This document shows positions 27,849 through 38,049 of a stretch of DNA of 64,000 nt, piece after piece; within the stretch, counting starts at the first letter, position 1, and every line of letters starts with the position of its first letter. A model generated the notes under the pieces. The model was not told where the DNA came from. It made no database searches and saw only the letters and a program-made list of their open reading frames with translations. Location of the stretch: the NCBI GenBank assembly GCA_944392295.1, contig CALXWE010000001.1, positions 67,239-131,238 of the forward strand, written 5' to 3'. Position numbers and translations under genes: made by a program. The DNA comes from an uncultured Alphaproteobacteria bacterium. GTDB taxonomy: Bacteria > Pseudomonadota > Alphaproteobacteria > RF32 > CAG-239.

Positions 27849-28521
27849 AAAATTTTTAGCAATATTATTGGCTACCACCGTTTTGTCGGCAGGGGCAGTG
27901 CAAGCAGAACCTATGGTCGAAAAAGCAGGAGCAGCACCGGAGGTGGTTAAGGTCGAAAAGCCGGGTGAAGTAAGACGTCTCGGCAAAAAACATCACAAAG
28001 AAATGGCAGAGCGTATGGCCAAAGATTTAGGCTTAACTGCAGAACAGCGCCAAAAAGCAGAAGAAATACGCAAAGAAAGCCAAAAGAAGATAAAACCGTT
28101 AATGGATGAGATGAAAGCATTAAGAGAAAAAATTGATGCCGAACGTAAGGCCAATATGGAAGAGTTTGAAAAGATTTTAACACCTGAACAAAAGGAAGCT
28201 TTTGAAGCAATGAAAAAAAGAGGAGCTGAAGATTTCAAACGCCGCCATAAAGAGATGCGTGAATTTATGATGGGTAAACGCCCACACAAGGATAAAGAGG
28301 GCAGATTCCTGCCTCATGAAAGAGAATATGAAAAGCTAAAAGGTCATGAACTTGAGCATGAAGATGAATTAAGAGGAAGACATAAAAGGATAAGAGATCA
28401 CAGAGGTGAGCCGGGAGAAATATTGCCTCCTCCGCCTCCGCCGGTAGAAGATAAAGATATTATACCGCCGATGCCTTTATTGGAAGATGACAGTATCTTA
28501 CCGCCGGCTCCCGAAGAATAG
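27841..28521 (+). CDS. periplasmic LTXXQ-motif (CpxP/Spy-like) protein with Pro-rich C-terminus
   Basis: Signal peptide; LTAEQRQK and LTPEQKEA motifs; K/E-rich; PPPPPPVEDKDIIPPMP tail; overlaps sigma gene by 8 nt. Confidence 0.6.
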   Translation: MNKKFLAILLATTVLSAGAVQAEPMVEKAGAAPEVVKVEKPGEVRRLGKKHHKEMAERMAKDLGLTAEQRQKAEEIRKESQKKIKPLMDEMKALREKIDAERKANMEEFEKILTPEQKEAFEAMKKRGAEDFKRRHKEMREFMMGKRPHKDKEGRFLPHEREYEKLKGHELEHEDELRGRHKRIRDHRGEPGEILPPPPPPVEDKDIIPPMPLLEDDSILPPAPEE

Positions 28522-28590
28522 TTAAGAAGCATTAAATAATTAAGCCTCGGCATCTGCCGAGGCTTAATATTTAAGCTATAAGTTCTAAAT

Positions 28591-29334
28591 TTATAAAAAG
28601 GTATCAAGAGCCGATAAAATTTCATTTATATCTTGGTCGGAATTAAGACGATGGTCGCTGCTTTTCAAGAGCTTAACCAAAACATCTTGACTTTGAACTT
28701 TTTCGGCAATTTTCAGCACCTTCGGCCAATAAACAGAGTCGTCTTCCATACCCTGAATTAAGGCAACTTTACAAAAAATCGGAATATAAGGCTTATCAAG
28801 CAGCAAGTTTTGATTTCCGGTTTCAACGAGTTGCTTGGTAACAACAGTTATAAAACCATTATCATCAAAAACAATTTTACCGTTTTGTTCCATTTGTTCT
28901 TTTTGCTCTTGAGTAATAAATTGTTCGTTATCTTTGGTAAAATCAGGAGCGGCAGCCAGTCCCAAAAGTCCGCAAACACGTTCAGGACGTTTAACGGCGG
29001 CAACCAAACTCAGCCAACCTCCTAATGAAGCTCCGGCAACCAGAATAGGTCCTTGTAAAATATTATCGATAATTTCGAGTATCTGCGATTTCCAGATATT
29101 AAAATCGGCTTTTTCCAGATTTTGCTTATCTGAGCCGTGTCCGGCGAGTTCATAACGGTAAAAATTAATACCGTTTTTAATGCACCAGTTTTTTATTTCT
29201 TCAGGCTTTCTGCCCCAAGGATCTGCGCAAAAACCGTGTGTATAAAGCACGCTAAATTTGGGATTGTGGGAAGAATCTGCTTGAATATACTCAAAATCAG
29301 TAGTAAAACCAGATGAAAAAGTGTGTTGTGGCAT
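28591..29334 (-). CDS. alpha/beta hydrolase
   Basis: GASLGG nucleophile elbow, HG oxyanion motif. Confidence 0.7.
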   Translation of the reverse strand: MPQHTFSSGFTTDFEYIQADSSHNPKFSVLYTHGFCADPWGRKPEEIKNWCIKNGINFYRYELAGHGSDKQNLEKADFNIWKSQILEIIDNILQGPILVAGASLGGWLSLVAAVKRPERVCGLLGLAAAPDFTKDNEQFITQEQKEQMEQNGKIVFDDNGFITVVTKQLVETGNQNLLLDKPYIPIFCKVALIQGMEDDSVYWPKVLKIAEKVQSQDVLVKLLKSSDHRLNSDQDINEILSALDTFL

Positions 29335-29382
29335 AAGTCATAAACTCCAAAAAATTAATTTAAGAAGGATTGTATACTTAAA

Positions 29383-30537
29383 ATGAGTAAAAATAAAGAT
29401 AAAAAACCGGTAGTGTTACAAGTTTTGCCGGAAATGAATCAAGGCGGTGTTGAAATCGGTACTATAGAGATAGCATCGGCATTGCAGGAAAAAGGCATAA
29501 CCAACTACGTAGCTTCGGCCGGAGGTCGTCTGGAGTATAATCTGGAAAGACTCAAGGTTAAGCATTTTACATTACCGTTAAAGACCAAAAATCCCTTCAA
29601 GATGTGGTTAAATTATCGCCGTTTGGTAAAAATAATTAAAGAAAACGGCATAAATATAGTTCATGCGCGTTCTCGTGCTCCGGCATGGAGTGCTTATTGG
29701 GCAGCCAAAAAAACAGGAGCACATTTTGTTACTACATTTCACGGAACTTATGGTTTAGGTCCTAAAGGTATTAAAAAGATTTACAATAGGGTGATGACGT
29801 ACGGAGAGTTGGTAATAGCCGTTTCAAACCACATCAAACAGCACATACTAAAAAATTACAAATGCGATGAAAAGAAAATAAGAATGATACATCGCTGTGT
29901 AAACATGGAAAAGTTTGATGTAAACAAGATGACGGCAGAAAGAATGATAAAGCTGATAGAAGAGTTTCATTTGCCCGAGGATAAGCCGATAATTTTATTA
30001 ATCGGCAGATTAACCCGTTGGAAGGGTCAAATGTTAATGATAGAAGCATTATCAAAGCTTAAAGATAAAGATTATTTCTGCGTATTTGTTGGTGATGATC
30101 AAGGTAGAGATTATTACACCAAAGAACTTAAAGATGCTATAGCAGCCAATGGCTTAGACGGAAGGTTTGCCTTTATCCGCCATGTAACGGATGTTCCTGC
30201 AATGATGATGGTTTCAGATGTAGTCGTATCGGCATCATTGGAGCCTGAAGCATTTGGTCGCATAGCCGCCGAAGGAGAAGCAATGGGCAGGATTGTAATT
30301 GCATCAAACATCGGTGGTTCGCTTGAGAACATTAAAGACGGTGAAACCGGACGCTTATTCGAGAGCGGTAATGCAGATGCTTTGGCCGAGGCTTTGGAGT
30401 GGGCATTAAGTTTAAGCACCGAAGAGCGAGAAAAAATCGGTGAAGCAGCGATAGAATATGTTAAACAAAACTTCACAAAACAAATTATGTGCGATAAAAC
30501 TATTGCAGTTTATGAAGAATTGATTAATATGGACTAA
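29383..30537 (+). CDS. glycosyltransferase family 4 (GT-B)
   Basis: EPEAFGRIAAEGEAMGRIVIASNIGG...E.G motif typical of GT4. Confidence 0.8.
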   Translation: MSKNKDKKPVVLQVLPEMNQGGVEIGTIEIASALQEKGITNYVASAGGRLEYNLERLKVKHFTLPLKTKNPFKMWLNYRRLVKIIKENGINIVHARSRAPAWSAYWAAKKTGAHFVTTFHGTYGLGPKGIKKIYNRVMTYGELVIAVSNHIKQHILKNYKCDEKKIRMIHRCVNMEKFDVNKMTAERMIKLIEEFHLPEDKPIILLIGRLTRWKGQMLMIEALSKLKDKDYFCVFVGDDQGRDYYTKELKDAIAANGLDGRFAFIRHVTDVPAMMMVSDVVVSASLEPEAFGRIAAEGEAMGRIVIASNIGGSLENIKDGETGRLFESGNADALAEALEWALSLSTEEREKIGEAAIEYVKQNFTKQIMCDKTIAVYEELINMD

Positions 30538-30636
30538 TTAGAGTCTTATCCGCAAAAAGCCGGATAAGGGTACTAATGAGCCGGAATACCGGCAAAGTAT
30601 AAAATAAAACTTAAACAATATGAAAAGGAAAAAATA

Positions 30637-32568
30637 ATGGTTAAAATAAAGTTGCCTGATGGCAGTGTGATGGAAATGGAGAGCGGCATCAGCGGTTATG
30701 ATGTAGCATCCAAGATCAGTGCCGGGCTTGCTAAAGCAGCTCTGGCGGTTAAGGTAAATGACAAATTGCAAGATTTGACTACACCAATCACTACCGATGC
30801 AACCGTAACCGTTATAACCGCCAAAGATAAAGACGGCTTGCACATATTGCGTCACTCAGCATCTCATATTATGGCAGAAGCCGTGAAGGAATTGTGGCCT
30901 GACGTACAAGTAACGATAGGTCCTGCCATTGAGAATGGTTTTTATTACGATTTTTCACGTAAAGAACCGTTTACGACCGAAGACTTTGCTAAAATTGAAG
31001 CTAAAATGCATGAGATAGTTAAGCGCGATGAAAAGATAGAAAGGTTCGTATTGCCGCGCAATGAAGCAATTAAGTTTTTTAATGATTTAGGTGAACATTA
31101 TAAGGCTGAAATTATTAATGACTTACCTGAAGATGAGACGATATCGCTTTATAAACAGGGTAACTTTACGGATTTGTGCCGCGGTCCGCACGTTCCGTCA
31201 ACCGGCAAAGTAGGCGATGCCTTTAAGTTAATGAAAGTTGCCGGAGCCTATTGGCGTGGAAATTCTGAAAATGAGATGTTGCAAAGAATCTATGCAACAG
31301 CTTGGGCAGACAAAAAAGATTTGAAAGCATATTTAGATATGCTTGAAGAAGCCGCCAAGCGCGACCACCGTAAACTCGGAAGAGAAATGGATTTATTCCA
31401 TTTTGAACCGGAATATGCTCCCGGTGCGGTTTTCTGGCACGATAAGGGATATAAAATTTACCGTAAGTTGATTGAGTATATGCGCAACCGCCAAGAAAAC
31501 AACGGTTATATTGAAATATCAACTCCGCGTGTTATGGATAGATGCTTGTGGGAGACCTCCGGACACTGGGATAAATACGGTGCGCATAACTATTCCGGTC
31601 AGACAGAAGATAAGAAGTGGTTTTGTATTAAACCGATGAACTGCCCGGGAGGATTGTTGGTATATAAGCAAGGTATAAAGTCATACCGTGATTTACCGCT
31701 TCGTATAGCCGAGTTTGGTAAAGTAAACCGCTATGAAGCTTCAGGAGCATTGATGGGTTTGATGCGTGTTCGCGAATTTACGCAAGATGATGCGCACATT
31801 TTCTGCACGCCTGAGCAAATGGAAGAAGAATGCATTAATACTTTAAAACTGATTTTAGATATTTATAAAGATTTTGGTTTTGAAGACGTTAAGATTTATC
31901 TATCAACTCGTCCTGACAGCATTTACCGTATCGGTTCTGATGAAATTTGGGATTTATGTGAAAACTCTTTGGCAAATGCCTTAACTTCACATGGTTATAA
32001 ATATGAGATAAATCCAGGTGAGGGAGCTTTTTACGGTCCTAAATTGGAATTTATATTAAAAGATGCCATTGGCCGTGAATGGCAATGCGGCACCATACAA
32101 GTAGATATGAATTTGCCGGAACGTTTTGACATTTCGTACATTGGTGAAGACGGTGAAAAACATCGTCCGGTAATGTTGCACAGAGCTTTGTTTGGTTCTA
32201 TTGAACGCTTTTTAGGTATTTTGATAGAAAACCATGCCGGTAAATTACCGTTATGGTTATCGCCTGAGCAAGTCGTTGTAGCTCCGATTGTAAGCGAGTT
32301 TGACGGCTATGCTCAAGAGGTGGCAAAAGAGCTGCGCAAAGCCGGTTTAAGTGCGAAGACGGATTTACGTAACGAAAAGATTAACTATAAGATACGTGAA
32401 CATTCCGTAGCCAAGATACCGGTTATAGCGGTTGTCGGAGCCAAAGAGCAAGAGAACAGAACGGTAACCGTGCGTCGTTTAGGTTCAGAAAAACAAGAAG
32501 TTATGAAGTTAGAAGACTTTATAAAGATGTTATCTGAAGAGGCCAAGATGCCGCACTTGGGAGAATAG
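30637..32568 (+). CDS. thrS: threonine--tRNA ligase
   Basis: TGS N-domain, class II core motifs (HRKLGREMDLFHF), full length 643 aa. Confidence 0.95.
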   Translation: MVKIKLPDGSVMEMESGISGYDVASKISAGLAKAALAVKVNDKLQDLTTPITTDATVTVITAKDKDGLHILRHSASHIMAEAVKELWPDVQVTIGPAIENGFYYDFSRKEPFTTEDFAKIEAKMHEIVKRDEKIERFVLPRNEAIKFFNDLGEHYKAEIINDLPEDETISLYKQGNFTDLCRGPHVPSTGKVGDAFKLMKVAGAYWRGNSENEMLQRIYATAWADKKDLKAYLDMLEEAAKRDHRKLGREMDLFHFEPEYAPGAVFWHDKGYKIYRKLIEYMRNRQENNGYIEISTPRVMDRCLWETSGHWDKYGAHNYSGQTEDKKWFCIKPMNCPGGLLVYKQGIKSYRDLPLRIAEFGKVNRYEASGALMGLMRVREFTQDDAHIFCTPEQMEEECINTLKLILDIYKDFGFEDVKIYLSTRPDSIYRIGSDEIWDLCENSLANALTSHGYKYEINPGEGAFYGPKLEFILKDAIGREWQCGTIQVDMNLPERFDISYIGEDGEKHRPVMLHRALFGSIERFLGILIENHAGKLPLWLSPEQVVVAPIVSEFDGYAQEVAKELRKAGLSAKTDLRNEKINYKIREHSVAKIPVIAVVGAKEQENRTVTVRRLGSEKQEVMKLEDFIKMLSEEAKMPHLGE

Positions 32569-32580
32569 CCTAAGTAAAAC

Positions 32581-32618
32581 AACAACCGCCGCCATTAACT
32601 TGGCGGCGGTTGTTGTTT
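32581..32618. terminator. bidirectional intrinsic terminator between thrS and pilin-like gene
   Basis: aacaaccgccgccattaacttggcggcggttgtt. Confidence 0.65.
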
Positions 32619-33240
32619 ATTTCCATTGGACATAGAGAGCACAGCTTTGCTCATTACAGATGTTGCAAAGAGCATCAAGGTCATTCAATGATATATGACC
32701 TAAACATTTCAAGTTTGCGCCATTACAATATTTATCTCCATATACTGCGCCTTCATTAGTATATTTATCATCATTGGTATATTTTTTTTGAGTAAAGACG
32801 GTATATAAATCGTTACTGTTAGGTTTTACGGCGTTAACAACATTATAACATATTTCTTTTCCCTGAACTGAAGGCTCAAAGCGTAAACCCATTCCGTTAT
32901 TATTTTTGGAAGAATATATCCATACATCATTATTAAATATGTCTTTAAATACGGCAGAATTAGACTTATAAGTTATACCGTCAGGAATCATATTAAGTTT
33001 TTTCAGAATGGATGTATAATAAATTGCCCCATTAGCATCTACAGTATCACCGCTGTCAATTTCATTAACTATCTGCAATGAATTATTAAGAAGTATACTT
33101 ATAGATTCTGCTTGTTTATTGAGCTTATATTTAAACATAGCTTTAGAGTAGCCGGAGAGTGCACCGACGGAAAGTACACCGATGATGGCTAAAACTCCTA
33201 ACATCTCGACCATACTTCTACCCAGTTCATTAAATTTCAT
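32617..33240 (-). CDS. type IV pilin-like protein, paralog 1
   Basis: Prepilin N-terminus MKFNELG|RSMVEMLGVLAIIGVLS (E at +5), C-terminal Cys pair and ...WK end. Confidence 0.75.
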   Translation of the reverse strand: MKFNELGRSMVEMLGVLAIIGVLSVGALSGYSKAMFKYKLNKQAESISILLNNSLQIVNEIDSGDTVDANGAIYYTSILKKLNMIPDGITYKSNSAVFKDIFNNDVWIYSSKNNNGMGLRFEPSVQGKEICYNVVNAVKPNSNDLYTVFTQKKYTNDDKYTNEGAVYGDKYCNGANLKCLGHISLNDLDALCNICNEQSCALYVQWK

Positions 33241-33325
33241 CTAAAACCTCCGAGTTTTGGGTTGTTAAAGGGCTTTAAACGAAATCATAAACCGTTTTTT
33301 TTTTTTGCAATCAAAAAGAGTCTTT
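33241..33325 (-). promoter_or_regulatory. conserved pilin upstream element (promoter/5'UTR) with poly-T tract
   Basis: ctaaaacctccgagttttgggttgttaaagggctttaaacgaaatcataaaccg-T12-gcaa shared by 6 paralogs. Confidence 0.6.
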
Positions 33326-33357
33326 CGATATAAACTATTTTTAATTTTCTTAAATAG

Positions 33358-33984
33358 CTACTTCCACACTGCATATAATCTGCATCTTGTAGCATCATTA
33401 GCGCAATTATTACATAAGATATCAATATCATTTAATGTCATATCTTTAATACAATTATCCGATGAATTACAATATTTATTACCATAAAATCTTCCCATTA
33501 TTTGAGCATTTTCTTTATCATCAGCAGTAAATTTATCAGAAGACACATAGTACAGAATATCCATATGTTGTTTGTACATATTAAAGAGATTAAAACAAAT
33601 TTCTTTATCATTATTATTAGATGTAAAATTGTATCCTATACCAAAAGCTGTCGGATAAGCATATACCCATATACTATTTCCGAACGGATCTACTAAAATT
33701 TTCGGATTATTTACATCTAATCTGACACCATCAGGAAGAAGTCCTAGTTTATCCATTGTTTGTGCAAGAAACAATGCATCGGTAGTGGACGAAGTGTTAT
33801 TAATCTTAGGCATTAGTTGAAAAGCATTCATAAATAAGAAATTAAAGGCTTCGGCTTGTTTATTTAGCTTATATTTAAACATTGCTTTAGAGTAGCCGGA
33901 AATAGCACCGACGGAAAGTACGCCGATGATGGCTAAAACGCCGAGCATTTCGACCATAGAACGACCAAGTTCATTAAATTTCAT
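33358..33984 (-). CDS. type IV pilin-like protein, paralog 2
   Basis: Same N-terminus; divergent C-terminal domain with Cys-rich tail. Confidence 0.75.
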   Translation of the reverse strand: MKFNELGRSMVEMLGVLAIIGVLSVGAISGYSKAMFKYKLNKQAEAFNFLFMNAFQLMPKINNTSSTTDALFLAQTMDKLGLLPDGVRLDVNNPKILVDPFGNSIWVYAYPTAFGIGYNFTSNNNDKEICFNLFNMYKQHMDILYYVSSDKFTADDKENAQIMGRFYGNKYCNSSDNCIKDMTLNDIDILCNNCANDATRCRLYAVWK

Positions 33985-34066
33985 CTAAAACCTCCGAGTT
34001 TTGGGTTGTTAAAGGGCTTTAAACGAAATCATAAACCGTTTTTTTTTTTTGCAACTTTAAAAGGAA
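33985..34066 (-). promoter_or_regulatory. conserved pilin upstream element
   Basis: Same 80-bp element, T12. Confidence 0.6.
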
Positions 34067-34131
34067 AATATACCACTTAAACAAAAAACTCCCATTTTAA
34101 CGGGAGTTTTTTTGTTTAAGTAGAATAAAAT

Positions 34132-35472
34132 TTATTCCTGAACTTCGGGTAAATTACATACTCGGTCTTTTACCGTAACTTTAACACGTTTAACGCGCAT
34201 CTTGTTGGCGGAAATTACTTCGTAAATACAATAATCGTCTTCTACCTTATCACCAACTTTCGGAGCATTGCCCAAAAGGGTAAATACGTAACCGCCAATA
34301 GTGCTCTCTTCACATTCAAATTCAGGCAGTTCAAGATAATCAAAAGCATCTTCAACCAATACTTTACCGTCAAATTCACAAACCTTTTCATTTACTTTAT
34401 GAATTTCTTCCATTTCGGGAGCGTCATGTTCATCGAATATATCTCCGACCAACTCTTCCAAAATATCTTCCATAGAAAGGAGACCTGCCGTTCCACCATA
34501 CTCATCTACCACAATGGCAACATGAGTACGCTTGCGCATCATCAAGTGTAATACTTCGGAAATAGATTGATTTTCAGGTACAAACAATATCTGACGGGCA
34601 ATCTTGTTTAAACGACCTTTTTCCAACTTTTCTTCACTATGTTCCAGCAAATCACGAATATGAATCATACCCACAACATTATCTCTGTCTTTATCACATA
34701 AAGGATAACGTGTGTGTTTGGTACGCTTAACCAAACTCATTACTTCATCAAAGCTGTCGTCCAAAAACAAACATTGCATATCTTGTCTGGGTATCATAAC
34801 TTCGTGAGCATAAATTTCTGAAAAATCAACAGCATTTTGAATAATATCACGTTCGGTATCATCAATAAAACCTCCTCTTTGCGAAGCGTTAACAATTAAC
34901 TTGATTTCTTCTTCAGAGTGAGCTGAATCTTGTTCAGATGCCGGTTCAACACCGATAATATGCAAAATTTTTAAAGTCATTGTATCTAACACCCAAATAA
35001 ATGGGTAAAAAATACGCTTGAACATATATAACGGATAAGCAATCATCAAAACGAAAGTTTCGGTTTTTTGAATAGCCAAAGACTTAGGTATTAATTCACC
35101 CAACACAACGTGCAATAAAGTAATCAAACCGAAAGCAACGGCAATGCTTACCGAATGTAATAAAATCTGATTTTCTTCAAAAACTCCGCCGAACAAATCT
35201 TCAAACAAATGCGCAACTGCAGGCTCACCGATCCAACCTAGACCTAAAGAGGCAAGGGTAATACCAAGCTGAATAGCACTCAAGTAAGAGTCCAGATGTT
35301 CGGTAATTTTTAAGGCAATTTGTGCACGTTTATTACCGGAGTGTATCATTTCTTCGAGTTTTGTGCGACGAATTTTAACAATCGCAAACTCAGACACTAC
35401 GAAGAAAGCATTAAAGAAAATTAAAATTAAAACGAAAATAAAATTAAATAAATAACCATAAAGCGGATTCAT
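34132..35472 (-). CDS. HlyC/CorC-family transporter (DUF21-CBS-CorC)
   Basis: DUF21 TM region (EFAIVKIRRTKLEEM), CBS pair, CorC_HlyC C-terminus. Confidence 0.8.
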   Translation of the reverse strand: MNPLYGYLFNFIFVLILIFFNAFFVVSEFAIVKIRRTKLEEMIHSGNKRAQIALKITEHLDSYLSAIQLGITLASLGLGWIGEPAVAHLFEDLFGGVFEENQILLHSVSIAVAFGLITLLHVVLGELIPKSLAIQKTETFVLMIAYPLYMFKRIFYPFIWVLDTMTLKILHIIGVEPASEQDSAHSEEEIKLIVNASQRGGFIDDTERDIIQNAVDFSEIYAHEVMIPRQDMQCLFLDDSFDEVMSLVKRTKHTRYPLCDKDRDNVVGMIHIRDLLEHSEEKLEKGRLNKIARQILFVPENQSISEVLHLMMRKRTHVAIVVDEYGGTAGLLSMEDILEELVGDIFDEHDAPEMEEIHKVNEKVCEFDGKVLVEDAFDYLELPEFECEESTIGGYVFTLLGNAPKVGDKVEDDYCIYEVISANKMRVKRVKVTVKDRVCNLPEVQE

Positions 35473-35570
35473 TTTATATATAAAACCTATGTTGTTAAAA
35501 AAACAGCGTAGATGATATGCTTAACATATACGTTTGTCAATAGGTGATTATATTTTCAAAACCGTGTTTG

Positions 35571-37646
35571 TTATTTATGTTCCAGATTATACATCAAATT
35601 AGCGTTTTTTAAGCTGTTTTCGTTATATAAAACAGCAAAAGCTTCATCTTTGGTAAACACGGGCTCTAAGTTATAACGAATAAAGTTTTCGAGCTTGATT
35701 TCGGCATTTTTAAGATCGCTGCGTTTATAATCGGGAGCCGGACCGTTTACCGGAAGCATTAAAATATGCAAAGCATTAAGCTCATTATCGGTTATAACAT
35801 TTTTAACATCTATATCATCAAGGTGGTTCTTTTCTAAGAACAATAAATACTCATGAGCTTTTTGCAACACTTCAGGTTTATTAACTTCTTCGGGTATAAC
35901 AAAATAGTTATGACGTTTAGCCCATAATCCGAGTTTTTCTTTAGATGATAAAAATGAAAACGGAATGGATAAAATTAAGCCTACGGTAATAGGGCTCATC
36001 CACCAAAAGAGCCCGTTAGCATATTTCCAAACAACAACGGCGGTTACAATGCCGAGCAAGGTATGCCATTTATGCCGCTGCCAAGCTATTGTCCACGGAG
36101 TTCCCGTATCATCTCGGTTTTGTGATTTCCAGCCGGAATCATGACCGGTAAAAATATCCCAAACAAACTTGCTTTGAAACAGCATCATAATGGGGGCGCT
36201 CAAAGCGCTGAATATAATTTCGGCAACAACACTTTTGATTGCTCCCCAATATCCGCCGATAGTCGATGATTTATTTTGTTTAAGGTATACTACCAGTCCC
36301 AAAAACTTAGGAAAGATAAGCATAAATATTGAAAAAGCAAACATGCTGATAATGCCTATTTTATCAAAAATCGGCCAGGTCGGAAACAAGGTATAAGATT
36401 TCGGGAAATACTCCGGCGGAAAAAAGTTTCGCCCTAAAGCCACCGATAAACCTACCAACAAAAAGCACAACCACAAAGGAGAGGATAAATATGACATAAT
36501 TCCGATGGTGAAATGTACACGGCTTATGGGGTTTAGCCCTTTAGCGGTTACGATTTTTAAATGTTGCATATTTCCCTGACACCACCGTCTGTCGCGCAAA
36601 GCAAAATCAATTAAAGTAGGCGGACATTCTTCATAACTTTCGGTAAGTTCGGGCAACAACCAAGCATTCCAACCGCCGCGTCTTATAAGCGCCGCTTCTA
36701 CAAAATCGTGGCTTAATATTGGTCCGCCGAATGGAGCTTTACCTTTTAATACCGGCAATTTACAACAATCCATAAAAGCTTTGGTTCTGATAATGGCATT
36801 GTGCCCCCAGTAATTGCTATCGCCGAGCTGCCAATAAGCAAGTCCTGCCGAAACAATCGGTCCGTATACTTTTCCGGCAAACTGCTGTACTCTGGCAAAT
36901 AAAGAGTTTTTATTAATACACATCGGCGGCGCCTGAATAATACCGGTTGCCTCATTTGCTTGCATTAATTTGGTCATGGTTACTATGGTTTTTCCGGCAA
37001 GCAAACTATCGGCATCTAAAACTACCATAAAATCATAAAGAGCCCCCCACTTGCTGCAAAAATCTTCAATATTTCCGCTTTTACGGGCCGTATTTTGGGC
37101 TCTGCGGCGATAATACAAGTTCATACCTTCGGGCATATTTTCTTTTGTAGCGAGCCACACGGCTTCTTCTTTAATCCATAGATCAGGGTTGGTTGTATCG
37201 CTTAACACAAACATATCATAGTTTTGTTGTTGACCGGTAAGTTTCAAGCTTTGAGCAATCGCCGCCAAATTTGAAAATACCTCCAGAGGATTTTCGTTAT
37301 ATATCGGCATAAGAATAGCCGTTTTGGTGCTTATGCTTGAATTGTCATCCGGCCAGATAATTCCCGGAACGTTTTTACCTTTTAACAGCTCACAAAATCC
37401 AAAGATGCTCGACCAAAAAAACAATGAAATCCAGCCAAAGGTAAGTACAAACAAAACAATCATTAATACAGAGGTAAACCACGAAGCATCTGAAGGAATT
37501 ACCTCCATCCATTTAAGAGTAGAAATCAAAGTGCATAATAACGTTATTCCGAAAATTTTGACACGACGTCTTTTAATCTGCGAGGCGTTTATGGCTATGG
37601 TTTGAGGTTTCATCGTTACATTCTTTCTTACGTTTTTATTGCTCAA
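35571..37646 (-). CDS. opgH: glucans biosynthesis glucosyltransferase H
   Basis: GT2 core with DADS, RRWCQGN motif, multiple TM. Confidence 0.85.
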   Translation of the reverse strand: MSNKNVRKNVTMKPQTIAINASQIKRRRVKIFGITLLCTLISTLKWMEVIPSDASWFTSVLMIVLFVLTFGWISLFFWSSIFGFCELLKGKNVPGIIWPDDNSSISTKTAILMPIYNENPLEVFSNLAAIAQSLKLTGQQQNYDMFVLSDTTNPDLWIKEEAVWLATKENMPEGMNLYYRRRAQNTARKSGNIEDFCSKWGALYDFMVVLDADSLLAGKTIVTMTKLMQANEATGIIQAPPMCINKNSLFARVQQFAGKVYGPIVSAGLAYWQLGDSNYWGHNAIIRTKAFMDCCKLPVLKGKAPFGGPILSHDFVEAALIRRGGWNAWLLPELTESYEECPPTLIDFALRDRRWCQGNMQHLKIVTAKGLNPISRVHFTIGIMSYLSSPLWLCFLLVGLSVALGRNFFPPEYFPKSYTLFPTWPIFDKIGIISMFAFSIFMLIFPKFLGLVVYLKQNKSSTIGGYWGAIKSVVAEIIFSALSAPIMMLFQSKFVWDIFTGHDSGWKSQNRDDTGTPWTIAWQRHKWHTLLGIVTAVVVWKYANGLFWWMSPITVGLILSIPFSFLSSKEKLGLWAKRHNYFVIPEEVNKPEVLQKAHEYLLFLEKNHLDDIDVKNVITDNELNALHILMLPVNGPAPDYKRSDLKNAEIKLENFIRYNLEPVFTKDEAFAVLYNENSLKNANLMYNLEHK

Positions 37647-38049
37647 TGGACTGAGGTTTCATTGCCTGATAATGATATTGCGGCGCGTTTACGACATATG
37701 ATTTACGCATTTTGGCGATTAAATCTTCGGGAAGCTGAAGCTTTTTAAGATTGTCTGTCGAACAACATTTAGCACCTTTACACTTTAAAAAGCACAATTT
37801 GAATTGTGCCAAAAGCTGATTATCCTCAAGAGGTGATGGACTAAAAATACGCTTAGCTTGTTTGGTTAAAATATCATCAATAAATTGCACAATTTTATCG
37901 GCATCTTGAATAGGCACGTTTTGCAGTTTACCTAAAATAGTCTCGGTAACAATCACCAGTCTTTCTTTTTCAAAGCCGAAGCTTTTAAGATAGGCTTTTA
38001 TTATATCTTCTTTACTTTGAATTTTTACGGCAACCATTGATAACTCCAA
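37636..38049 (-). CDS. hypothetical protein between opgG and opgH
   Basis: 137 aa, CFLKCKGAKCC motif; overlaps both neighbours. Confidence 0.4.
   Translation of the reverse strand: MELSMVAVKIQSKEDIIKAYLKSFGFEKERLVIVTETILGKLQNVPIQDADKIVQFIDDILTKQAKRIFSPSPLEDNQLLAQFKLCFLKCKGAKCCSTDNLKKLQLPEDLIAKMRKSYVVNAPQYHYQAMKPQSIEQ

Noticed and set aside
30538-30855. 105-aa minus-strand ORF overlapping the thrS 5' end
   Set aside because: Antisense to a highly conserved gene start; no support.
32617-33984. Interpretation of the pilin-like genes as T2SS pseudopilins
   Set aside because: No gsp or other secretion-system genes are adjacent. Seven dispersed full-length copies with ~170-aa variable domains and C-terminal disulfide pairs fit variable major pilins better. 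This is not fully excluded without the rest of the genome.
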